Shown here: one piece after another, positions 51,743 through 64,000 of the stretch | Position numbering within the stretch: the first letter of the stretch is position 1 | Layout: each line of letters starts with the position of its first letter | Origin: Phoronis australis | Taxonomy: Eukaryota; Animalia; Phoronida | Direction of reading: 5' to 3' | Length of the DNA stretch: 64,000 nt | Assembly (NCBI GenBank): GCA_002633005.1 | Contig: NMRA01000319.1 | Coordinates: 41,546 to 105,545 of the forward strand | Program-made: the position numbers and the translations under genes | The notes under the pieces: model-generated | What the model was told of the DNA's origin: nothing | Seen by the model: the letters and a program-made list of their open reading frames with translations, nothing else | Databases searched by the model: none

Positions 51743-54700
51743 GTATACGCTGAATTGTGAGATCAGTGATTCTCAAAATTGTCTAATCTTGTTCATTTTC
51801 CAAAAAACACCTTTTTGAATTTGTCTTGTCCTGCAGTTACATGTACCTGCTAAACAATAATTTATTAACTTCTGTGTGTGTATTGTCTCAATTACCGACA
51901 CTGCTGGTTTATGAAATAAAGTTTAGCAAGAACATATTCATGTAATTTGAAATCATTTTGGGCCGACACAAAAGTCAGGGTGCAAATATAAATACATATT
52001 ATACATAAACACACATATAAAAATAGACTAACTGGGAACGGTTTGGTAGGAGTTCCAAAACTGAAACGTTTTGTCTACATGAATGATTTCACAATCTTGG
52101 CTTCCTGTTCCGGGTCAAATTCAAAAATCAGAAATTCCTGCTCACATATGGCATTTCTTTAACAGCTTTTTCTGAATGATATGTGAAAGAATGTCATGAA
52201 AAGACAAAATAATCAAGGCGTTTCACTGGAAGCTCTATTAAAGTTTAGAAACTGGCTGTCCCGAAAGCTATCAACTGACGCCGACAGCTTTGCACTTTGC
52301 TCTGATTTTCAAGAGAGTCAAGGCTGCCGAAAAAACAAAATGGGAAGTGTAAATTAAAATTTCCGCCCAAAAATCAAGTCGGCGAATTCGCCCTGTTGAA
52401 CAACACTGCATTCAGTTGTATAACTGATCATTTCGCTTAAAAAACTTTTGTACAGAGAGTTGAAGATTTTGTTCGAAGGCATTGCGAGCATTGAAACAAT
52501 GAAAAGTTTAGTATAAATCAAGTCATCTTCACTAATTTTGATTATTTTGTCGTTTCTTGGCACTCTCTGACGTTGCCCGAAAATTGAATACCGTAGGCCA
52601 TGACAGGTATGTGGGCATGCATTGGACAAAGGATAACTTGCATCACGATGTTTCCCGCCGAGTGATTGCTTCGTTATGCGTTAGGTGCTAATACCTCTGT
52701 TATGTGCTGTATAACGCTCACCCGGCTGACCTATATAGCACAGCTAACGGGGAGTTTTCCGGGTAGTAATTTCGCTCAATGAACTGTACAGGCTGTTATT
52801 CTCAGAAAGTATTGGCACTTTTTAATATCGCTAAGTACAGACAGCTCCTTAATAGGTTCATTTTCAAAATTCATTTCACTGCAGACTCCATTCAGTAATA
52901 TTTAAGCTTTGTTTTTTTTTAAGAATGGAAAAACCCGAGGTATTTCAGAGCATCAGCCCTATTTGTTTCAAACAGCTCACGCCAAAATTCCCAGAATATA
53001 AATTCCTTTCTCTGCCACTTACTTAACTTGTTTTACTGCAAGCTCCAGATCATGCGTCATTAAATTTTACAAATACTTTGACGCAGGCCGACTTAGGAAA
53101 CTAGAGTACCGGTGTCACGTAAAATTTCTTCCTCGTGAAATTTCTTCCCACTTCGACCCTGTTGTGCATTTGCGGTATTGAGGGGAAGTTATTTTATGCC
53201 TAAGGCATAAAATATCTTCCCCCGTGAAATTTTTTCCCCAACGAAGACGGCAAAGCACAGCTGTAAAATAAGCCTAAAATTAGAAGTTCACTACGTGTGT
53301 AATAATGTAACGATTTTTTTCACTTGTCATTGTTATTTTAGACATTGATAAATGAATTGTAATTAGATTTACTTCATATATGAGTCGCTGATCCAAAGTG
53401 AGTAGGCCTAGGCTTGGGCACTTACGGCCTCGGTGTCACCATATCACTTTGCGGGTTGATCATGTTTTTCAAAGTGTATTATGAGCTAATATTACTCATG
53501 TTAATAAACCTATCACCCTCTGTCTCGCTCTCGCTCTCTTTTTCTCTACTTTCGGGGAGGAATCCCGTAGCTAGGTAGAGATCGTGCCCCTGACTGCCGT
53601 GGACGGATTTCCCTGCATCGGAGCGTGGAGCCAAATTAGTAAAAACCTCTTTAAAAAAAGTGACATTCTGTAGACTATACTGATACTTATAATTGATTCA
53701 TAAAATTAAAATATTTCTGAGTTTCATTTCCTGGCCGGGGCTTAGCCGACCTGAGGCCCCTCGCGGTGAAGACAACGCTCTTCGTCACTCCCATCTGAGT
53801 GATATTTTTCACTTGTACTGAATTTCCTTCAAGAATATGTCAGAATTACTCGAATAAGTAAAAATACTCGGTTGGGTATATTCCTAGTAAGGGAATATAG
53901 TTTGCTGTAGTACGTAATAAGTTAAAATGCTCGACGAACACCTGTTGTGACCGAAGGCGATGATCCCGGAGAAAATAGGTGTCCTGCGTGGCGTTCCTAC
54001 ATCATCAGGCGCAGCTTTCAGAAAAGTCTTACAAAAATGCCATAATGTTGTTGTACACTAAAAGAAAACACAGAAATTGGAAACCTTGTTTTGTCCAGGA
54101 AATTCAGGTCATAAGATTTGGAACGGGGTAGGAAAGATCCAGTAAGCGAAATTAATTAGCGGGAATCACGAAAGTATTAAAAACTCTGCCTAATCCCGCC
54201 TTTCATGTTTGTTTAAAACGCCCGTCTTCGGCTCAACGCTCACCACCTTATTTTTGACTTTCCTAAAATAATACCAAACCAAATACTAAAAACGACTTTC
54301 CCATCCACTTCTCTGAAACAAAATAGTGCTCTGTAACCCTCAAAATCTTGGAGGAACGTATGAAAACTCCTTTCAGAACCATTTTTATGTTTTACGATAA
54401 GTTAAAACCAAGTTGAGCTTGAGAACTGGCTGAAGGTTATAGCAGTGTGCCCTGGAGGGATTTGAACCGACGAAGGAAGCGGACACTTTTCCCACAAGGC
54501 CACACTGTTTCCTTTAACCGTCGGAGATTTATGAAAACGAAGAAGTCCTAGGCCGAGTTCGTGCAGGGTAAATATTTCGATGTTCAGCTGAACAACTTAC
54601 ATGTACAGCCACGAGTTTGAGGGATGGTTGCCCACGCGACTGTAAGGTAACCACCAAGACGGCAAAACATAACACAGAGACATCCGGTGACACCTGGTGG

Positions 54701-56953
54701 TTGGTTTCAAAGCAAAACCTTCACCTAACAGGGCCAAAGCCCATCTGTGAATGAAGTCAGAATAGGTCAGTCTAAAACAAGGACCGATGCGGAGCGTTGA
54801 CGTTAACCCAGCGTGTTCCTCACATAAAGCATAGATACAAGGGATGACCACTGTTTTAACATTTTCAAAAACGGGAACAACGCTGAAACATTTAAAATAC
54901 CCTCTAAGTTGTGTAAGAATGTCAGCATCGTCCTCCTTATTGAGAACGCACGTGTCACCTTTCATCATGATGATTCTCCAGGCACTTTGGAGGATTAGAG
55001 ACGCGGTCAACATCCATCGCAGAGCTTGACCGTCACTAGGTGATACCGCATTAGATGTTCTCTTCTCAACATAAACACTTGCACAGATTCCATGAATATC
55101 CACCAAGAAACATGGCGGACAGTGAGCGTCAACCAGAAAGAATTCACTTGACGGCGAAAGCAGTCGGACCTGTCTCGAAATCATCGCCAGCCATGTACTT
55201 CCCGGAAGAAAGACAAATGCCAATTTTAATAAAGACCTTTAGAGTGGTTTGGCCGATAAAGACGTGGACGTCAAAAAACTCGAACAACTAAGTGAACCAT
55301 ACTGGTGACGTAGGCTCCAATAAAAGTCAAATCCATCCAAGAACAGGACGTTGTCTCTTTAAGGGAAACTTGTGAACCTGTTTGCCAAATTTGTTGAAAA
55401 TCTGTTAAGGAACTCCAAAGAAAAAGGTCTGGATAACGTAAAAAACTAAAAATGCCCCCCAAAGAACTTAACAACAGTCAGACTGCATCTCAAAGTCGTC
55501 GCCATCTGTGGTCATGTTCGTAGAAATGTGCTTGCCAAATTTTACAAAATATCCAACAGCATAAGTAATTCCAACTAAGGATGCAAAAAAAGCAAGAATG
55601 CGCCACAGTAGTTTAAGCCGTTCAAAATTATTGCCAGTCACGCTCCTCAGTCCTTGTAGCCGACCCCAAATCGATCCTTAGAGCAGTTTGGCCGACAGAG
55701 AGACGGAAACGGCCAAAAACAGCCTAGTAAAATAAAGATGGTCACTAACTGGCGCACATTACGACAAATCCATCTGAAAACGCGAGAATGTCTCAGATTC
55801 TTCAATAGAGTAACTTTAGCTAAATTTCATGAAAATCTGTCAAGGAATGCCAAAGATCAAGATGAAATCGGCAAAAAACAAAATTGACACTAGGGAGGAG
55901 GGGGGGGGGGGGTGGGCACCCCGTTAGCAGATCCTCTTGCTAAATTTATGACGCCGAAGAATCCTGCAGACACTTTAAGACAAAGAACTGGCTCAAAACT
56001 GTAGAAATGAACATCGGAAAAGGGATGGTGGGGTATACTTCTCCCTAGTAAATGCCTGTATTTGCCAAACATTATGTGAACCCGTTGAGAAACTCTTAAA
56101 CGATTACGCAAAATCTGGAAGACCTCAAAATTTTTAAACGCATTATTCATTGTAACCATGTGGACATGCGGAAGTGCATTTGTAAACGGTGGAGTCACCA
56201 ACGTGGCAAACAATGACGTCGCCATCATCTTATATAGGTATTGTCGAACTTAGAAAACACAAAACAAAAATGCATTTCGGTGGAATAACCGTATTTGCAC
56301 GGACGATACATAAACAGTGTCTGTGTGGATGTAGAATTATATGCCAAGAAACGCCAAACGAAAACGGACTCGCATGACCAGAACCCTTTTTTCGTGTATA
56401 ACGACCTGCTGGTATGAAAGGAAAAAAGACTTGTTTTAACAGATGTGCAGCAATACGAACACACTTGAATCGATCGTGAATCACAGGCATTCTAACATGA
56501 CACACAGCAATTAAACGGCTGTTTCGGATTTCAAAGACATGGTGTGACAAAACGATCGCAGGCAATTCCACGAGAAGAGATAATCGAACATCACGGTCCA
56601 TAGGCACTTATGTGTAAAATCTCAATGCTTCAGTTTGCAACGGCATTGTAAACTTAAGCTGATTGTCACATATTTAAGTCAGATTAGTATACCTTTATTT
56701 CCATCATGTAGCAATACTATTAACAGCATTGTACATATAACAAAATGACGACACCTATAGCAGGTCTTCTGGAAGTTTATGAAACAGGGAAAATTACGCA
56801 GTCCCCTGTTGGTCTTTAGCGTCAATTCGAGGAAAATCAAAGCAAACCTTGGCGGGCCCATTAACACAAGGCTTCAAGTTGGTCAGCGAGTTCAGATTGA
56901 CTGGACAGAGTATACAACGCCATTCTACGGATAAAACAAATTTCTAGCTCAGA

Positions 56954-57014
56954 GTTATGTCAACGTTCGACTCGGGGTTATGTCAACGTTCGACTCGCGG
57001 TTATGTCAACGTTC
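56954..57014. repeat. 23-bp tandem repeat x2.7
   Basis: Unit gttatgtcaacgttcgactcggg. Confidence 0.9.
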
Positions 57015-57038
57015 CTGACAACATGAGTGTCGCGTAGT

Positions 57039-60000
57039 TAGTCGGTGGGCCAGATTTTGTAGGGCCTCTAGAAAATGGTTTTTGTGAGTACTTTAGGGGG
57101 GCAATTTTATTTTGGTGTTTTTTAATTCATTTATTAGAGTGTTTTCAAAATCTAAGAAGTTCCCACATATAAAGTTGCACATTTTTGAGAAATTTGAGTT
57201 TGAAGTTACATATTAATCACCAAAGAGCTTAGTAAACTTATATTTGTAAAAACAACAGTTTTGGTGACTTTTTGTAAAACAAGTAATATGGTCCCATCAG
57301 TGCCATTGCATTGAACAATATTACACTCACATTACACGTTTCACTATTGTAAATTAATTGTAAACAGTGAAATTTAAAAAACGTGAAGCGACACCTAGTG
57401 GCAAAAATGCAAACTAAGTCTGAATATTACTAGGAAGTTATTCTGGCATTGTCGGGCAACAAAAATAACACAAAACACTTGAGACTGGGCAAAATTTGTG
57501 CCTCAATGACTAAAACATTGACTAATGGTGTAAAATACAGCTTGTTTGCATAATACACCAGAAATACGTTATAGTACAAAAACAATATAGGTGAATGATC
57601 TCTGTGAATGTGCACAAAGACTGTATGAAAATAATAGATTATTCTGACAGCGTTTATCAAGCAGTATGAGACAAATACATGACAATGATCAAAGTATGTA
57701 CTTTCTATGACTTAATCAACAAATAAAATTAACTTTTTAAAAAAAAAAAACGAAATAACAGGGTTAGAGGTCTATTTAGGCTTGACTTGTCAAAGAACTA
57801 TCCAATGTTATGCAGTCAGTGTTGCTGATGTTACTACAGTTGTCACAGCTGCACATTTCTGTACAGCTTGACCCAGCATTGCAGCACAAACTCAGTTTCC
57901 CAGCACACATGTTCTTTTTGCACTTGCAGCGTTCATCGTTTAGTACTGTCAATGGAGATGCGGGCATTGCCATACATTTTAACTGCAAAGCCCCACTGCC
58001 AAGGAGCCAACTATGGTCGATTAGAGAGGGTACAGCACTGCACACTGGTGACTGGCCTGCAGGCAATGAAGGGTCAAACACTAAGTCCTTGTTTGGAGGC
58101 GGGGAGGATTTGGGCAAACGTTTGATTCAAAATATGTTATAATGGGCTGTGTTAATTAGAGTCAGCAAGTGAATTATTGAACACTAGCCTCAATTCACTT
58201 TTGTATATCTTAGTCGGGCACAAACTACAATAGCTTCAACAACATTTCTTAAGATTGCCTGTCCAAATAACTTATTGCACACCAGCTTTCTGAAGAACAG
58301 CTTCAAAGTCTTGCTTTAGTTTGGAAAGGCAAATGACATATTCATGTGTTAGAAACTTTGATTCAATGAACTCCAAACAAAACTGTAGAAAAACATCTCT
58401 GAAAACTGTGGATTCGTCACTCTTCACAGTCATTGTCTTTTTTATAGCATGATGATCTGTGGTACTTGGCTTCTAAGACACAAGGTCTTTATCTTTATCT
58501 TTGAATTTCATTTGCGTATTCAGGGCTCTGGACTGAGCTGTTGCTTGCGATACAAGTCCAACTGAAAAAACCCCGAACTGTTAACACTAATTTAATATTC
58601 AACTATGAGTGAGTTGGCATGCAACTTTTTCAGATGGACTTATCAGGAACTGATCCACCACCAGCCAAACAAATTTACATGCCACGTGATCTGTCGCCTA
58701 AAAATGTTGATTGTCTAAAAATTAAATTAATTGATGCAACTGAAAATAAATCAGCTGATATACCAGTGCAGTGATTGGAATTTAATTTTTTAAATCAGAT
58801 GCTCAATCGATTTACACTTAAGGTAATCGACCTTTGACGAAAATGGACAGTGGCTTCCACTGTCGGCTAAAATTACGACGGCGACGATGGCCACTTAGGC
58901 ATTTTAATTTAATTATCATTGCAGCTACCTAAGTTATTAATGTTTACAAGAAATTGAGAAGAGGTTCCCCCTATCCCAGGACTATGGCAGGGGATGACGG
59001 CCACTTGGGCATGTGGTTTGCAACCATCTACTCTATTTAACCTTCTCAAAAATTTTTTACTTAAAGTGCTTTAAAATCACACCCACAGTATAACGCCATA
59101 TGATTATCCCTGAGCGCAAGCAGTGTCGATGTGGCAATTGAACAATGGCGTGTTCGAAAAACAGGAGTATTTGTTTAAACTGGGAACAAATGAAAACAAT
59201 AACGACTTCCTCAGAAGCATCTCTCTATGCAGTACTTCTAAACTTATAGGAGCATAATTTGCCGAAAAAACATCCGGCATATGGAGTACCTATGGTATGA
59301 CCATCGTCTCTACTGAGTCAGCGGTATTGTCTAAGGCCTAGGGCTAGGCAGCCAATGGGCTGAACAAGTTAAAAAAACAACTGGTAATAATACTGAAACA
59401 CACATGGAAAATACCAAGATGTACCTTTCAAAGACACGTACCTGTTTTTGAAAGCTATACTTCTTTCTCTTTCTTGAAATATAGTCCACAATATACTTTT
59501 CCTGCTAACAAATGATGCACTCATGTTTCAGAATGTTCCTATCTTGAACAGGTTAATTGGGTGATTCAGATTTTGGAAGTATTATTGATTTTCTTGGGAA
59601 ATCTTGGATAACATCTGTATCACTTTCAGCAACTTCAGCTTTAGTACTTCTGCTGGTGCCTTGAAACGTTGCTATGCCGTTCTATGTCTTTTCAATTTTT
59701 TGGTCTGACACTTGGTCTTCTAGTCTACAGCACTCAGCAGTATACTGTGTAGGCTATACCAGGACATCCAGCTGTTTTCTGCACAAACGTTTATGACACC
59801 TCTTCTTTTTGATCTGCTGATCTACAGAGTTCCACAGTCCATCAGCTTTCGTCAGGAAGCTTTCCTAAGCTTCTTTAGGCTCTAACATCACAATTTTGTG
59901 CTGTTTGATAAACCTTGAATTATACAGACATCACACTCCATGGGAGCAGCCATATTGAAGTAACTAAGCACAACAATACGATCTGGCTCTCTGATTGGTC

Positions 60001-60211
60001 AATTCAATAGAAAAGCGCCACCGAGTGGCAGGACTGTGCATCATATTTTGTGCAACAAAAACACCTTTTTTTAAAAAAATGTCCAAGTGTAGACGTGGGA
60101 ACTTTTTGGAATTTGATTTATAGGTATATTATCTAGCCACATAGAAAAAACTAGGTTGCCCCCCCAAAGTACTCACAAGGACGAACGCTATGAGATCTGG
60201 CCCACCGACTA
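57039..60211 (-). mobile_element. AcademX-like DNA transposon, internally deleted and decayed (3.17 kb)
   Basis: Termini TAGTCGGTGGGC(C)CAGAT...ATCTGGCCCACCGACTA with imperfect TIRs of about 150 bp and a 3-bp TSD agt/agt. The minus-strand remnant PSLIDHSW...PASP...RCKCKKNMC...CCNAGSSCTEMCSCDNCSN (57830-58060) is a Cys8 cluster. Confidence 0.8.
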
Positions 60212-60694
60212 AGTTTTATTGTTGCAGCTGTGTTCTATGTTTGGTCTAAATGTCATGGCTTCGTGCTGGGGGAAATCTACCCGGGGTAGCTATTGCGTGT
60301 ACGCTTGGAGTGTACGTAGGCAATCTTATCATTTATGTGTGCGATGTGTTCGTTCAGTGCGGGTCTCTCGACAACACGTCCTAGACACATAGTATTAAGC
60401 CAAGTCTCTTAATTGAAATGTAATTAACATTAAATTTCGTTCTACTTGTTTTTTGTATGTTTTGCGTATGTGCGATGTCTCCGATGTTTGTTATTATAGT
60501 CTCATTATCAAAAATATTGGGAGCCTTACCACCAGGATCAGTTTTCATGTTTTCTATCCTGTGTTGCATAATTCACATTGATATTGTACTCCGTGATATC
60601 TAAGATTTGATTGTGGATGTGCTTGTATTGTTTTTTTTTTCTGTTTTGTGTGTCTGTGGTGTGAATAGGTTTTCGGTTGATAGTATAACTTTAA

Positions 60695-63660
60695 ATGATG
60701 ATAAGTAAACGCAAAATAACCTCATTGAATTGTAGAGGGCTGGGTCTCCATGAAAACGAAAGGATGTTCTCAATTATTTAGGGGGGAAAAGTGTTACATT
60801 TATTGCTTACAGGACACACGCTTTACCGAGAGAGGAGAAAACAGTATTAGATTAATTTGGAGATATGAATGTTTTTCAATTTAAATACCTCAAACTTCCG
60901 TGGAGTGGTGATCCTCCTTAAGAACACTTTTGAGTATAAACTGCATAACATTATGTAAGATTGCAAGGGTAATAAACTAATTTTGGATATTACTATTATG
61001 ACACAAGAATAACGTTAATTAATACTTGTTGTCCAAATGGGGATTCGCCGTCTTTTTTGAAAAATAAAACAAAATATTCAAGATATAGGAAATTACTCTT
61101 ATTTGGGCAGGCAATTTTAAGCTTGCTCTCGATCAGTCTAAGGACACGCTTAATTATTGACAGGTTAATAAACCGAAGTCACGGATTAAGTTGATGGAGA
61201 TTGTCTATTGCTGATGTTTGGCGGGAACTAAACTCCAACAGTAAACAATACACTTGGGGAGCTGGAAGTAAGCGATCCAGACTAGATTTTTTCTAATTTC
61301 TGAAAACCTTTTAGCCGATATTGACGACTCCATAATACAATTCGGTTATCGGGCTCCGATCATTCAATGGCAAAGGTTTTTTAAAGTGCTGTTTCCAGGA
61401 GGAGGAAATCATTTTGGAAGTAAAATAACTTTCACAAAAAAATAAATCTGAGCATATTGTTTCGGTCAAGGATACTATTAAATTAGTTAGACAACAGTAT
61501 ATGACTGACTACATTCAGACAGCCAATAGTACGATTCACAATTGTTTATAAATGATCACCTTTTTCTTGAAACGTTGTTGATGGAGATTCGCGGCAAAAC
61601 AATTTCGCTTGCTACATACTTCAAAAGAAAAATGATAAAGCTGAACAGCAACTTATCGCTGGAAAAAAGTCTAAGACTTGATAGGGAAATGCTGGAACAA
61701 AAAATAATTACCTTGCCGAGCTAAGGCAGAATAAGTTAAGCGGTCTTGACTAGGCAGAGATCAAGATGGACTGAAGAGGGGGAAAACTTTCCAAAAATTT
61801 TCTGCACTTGGAACATATTAGGCATTACACAAGTAAGTTTATGCCTTTTGTGGAAAACTAACAATACTAAAACCAATAGTGAAGAAGAGGTTATTCAGAA
61901 AACCAACACTTTTTATGAACATCTATACAAATACAGAAATTCTAGCAATACTGCTAGAGAAAATCTTCGTGATAAGTTTTGAAAAAAAATGAAAAAACAC
62001 AAGAGCCCAGGTTTTTCAGTGGAATTTCTGAATTTTGTTACATGCATCTCTAAGGGAGCAGATAAATTTAAACATTATTTGAAAAACTGGAGACCCATAT
62101 CCTTACTCAATTTGACGTTTAAACTGACTTCTTCGGCTTAAGCTGAACCGTTAAAATCCGTTTTGGAAAAACTAATCGGTGAGGACCAGGCAGGTTTCAT
62201 TTCTGGAAGAAAAATGAACGAAAATATCCGCGTGCTACATGTATATGATTTAATTTTTATGCCCACTCAGCTAACAAAACCAGGATTGCTTTTACTGACC
62301 GATTTTAAGAAAGCATTTGATTCATTGTCGTGTAATTTTATTAAAAAATCATCTTTCCTTAGTTTCGGTTGGTCAATGAGAAGGTGGGTAAAAATCTTTT
62401 ACAGTAATATTAAGTTGTCTGTTGCCGTAAATCTTCATCCATCTTCATGGTTCAATATTTCGCGTGGCTGCAGACAAAGTGACCTTTTGTCTCCTTACAT
62501 TTTCATATTGTGGGAGGAGATTTTGGCGTATTTAATCAAGAATAATAAAACTATTGCAGGTGTACGTGTAGTTGCAGGAAATAAGGCATGTTAGATTTCG
62601 CAATATGCGGACGACACACCAATTACTTTGGACGAGTCCAATTTGTCATTGGCTAGCACAATGAACGTACTACATTGATTTGCTAGCGTCTCCGGTCTCC
62701 AAGTGAATGTGGTTAAAACAAAAGCCATATGGTTTGGAAGTAAAACTGGCAGTGATGACGTGATTCCTACAAAAGAAATTCTGTCTTGGACAAAACACAT
62801 ATGTTAGATTGATGGGGGTGGATTTTGACACTAAATTGGATGATATGACGCATAAGAAGTTCATTTCATGAATGAATCAGATCAAGTCTTTGATAATAAG
62901 TTAGAGTCGACGAAATTTAACGCTGTTTGGTACAGTAACTGTAATAAAAACGTTAGCTACTTCTAAACTTTATTTTTTGTTGCCAAGTTTACCAATTAAT
63001 CTCCCAGGAAAAGTCTCCGATGAATTCACTGTACGATAATCTATACAGTAGGTATGTACATGTACGGTAGGCTCGTAATGATAAAATTTACGAACTACGG
63101 CCTGTTTAGGACTAGATCAAGGGGGACTTCAAATGGTTAATATAAATACTTTCAGTAAAGCTTTAAAACTCGCCACGGCCCATAAATATTTTGAAAGCCC
63201 TGCGTCTAAAAGTGGTCAATAAATTATACTCACTCTACCCGTTCTTTAAGACTTTTGCTTCATATGGAGATGACTTCATCACGGTATATCAAAGTTAACT
63301 CTAACCGATAATTCCTACTGGCGAGACGTATTTGGAAGTATGACATCTTTCTATAAGAAAATAACTGTTACGGGTAAAGAAAACTTTTTGAACCATCCTT
63401 TGTGATTTAATAGTAACTTGGAGAGCGGAGACACAAGTGTTTTTCACAAGTCTTGGTTTGTAAAAGGCTTAAAAGATTTATCAAACATACAAAAGTCATA
63501 TACATGTATTCAGACCAGTAATGGCGATTTCGTTATTTGTTCGAAGTAAAAACCAACTTTGTAAAATATAATGGCTTTGTTTCTGTTCCAAGAAAGTTTC
63601 AAAAAAGTCAATTTCAAAGTAAATTTAAAAGTGACGATGCGTACGCTCCTTGCATGCCTT
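60695..63660 (+). mobile_element. Decayed L1/Tx1-clade LINE ORF2 (APE endonuclease plus RT)
   Basis: Endonuclease remnants SLNCRGLG, CLQDT, RGVVILL, SRLDFF. RT remnants NWRPISLLN, DQAGFISGR, DFKKAFDS, RGCRQSDLLSPYIF, ISQYADD. Many stops and frameshifts. Confidence 0.93.
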
Positions 63661-64000
63661 TAGCAATTGACCTATCGCCAGGATTTAGAGTGACAGTTTA
63701 ACTGACCAATCGGAATGCAGCATTCTTGACGCACCTGCATTTCCAAGCCGCATTATACCCGTCAAACAACACGTGGTCAGGTAAAACGTACTGTCTGTTT
63801 GTCGACTTTAGGCAAGTAGGCGGAGCTTGCGATAGGTCAATTACTCACTTAAGGAAAGATAAGAAGGGTTGTAGACATTCATGTTCTATCTTTAACGTCA
63901 TTAAGAAACCTTCTAGGTCAAAGGGTAAATGGGAAATAGAGTTGGCAGTTTGGATTGGAAGAAAATATACGCAATGCCCTATGAAATTACAAAGGATCCA

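Noticed and set aside
55370-55870. Recurring (c/t)aaattt-x-tgaaaatctg motif suggesting a Helitron-like non-autonomous repeat
   Set aside because: No termini or hairpin could be defined, so the family could not be assigned.

Overview
This is AT-rich, intron-rich animal genomic DNA, probably from a marine invertebrate; the species cannot be determined from the window. It is not prokaryotic. Two complete spliced genes were reconstructed by hand with GT-AG introns and consistent phases. MRPL2 (+ strand, 4 coding exons, 1976-5043, about 312 aa) faces tail-to-tail an MFSD4A-like MFS transporter (- strand, 11 coding exons, 43957-6689, about 543 aa, with a 19.8 kb first coding intron). The rest is intronic or intergenic and dense with decayed mobile DNA: an AcademX-like element with TIRs and a 3-bp TSD, a DD37D (maT) Tc1/mariner remnant, an L1/Tx1 LINE ORF2 remnant, an I/Jockey LINE fragment, a tRNA-derived SINE, several MITE families (two with 5-bp TSDs), a 2.6-3.1 kb tandem duplication and many satellites. 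Three observations stand out. (1) TACATGTA is strongly enriched and appears at three separate sites as a 6-bp insertion at a TA, consistent with transposon excision footprints. (2) A 120-bp satellite copies an MFSD4A splice acceptor, giving three upstream decoy acceptors that all lead to in-frame stops. (3) An inverted repeat carries a variant minimal hammerhead-like fold in both arms. All assignments come from reading the sequence; no searches were run.
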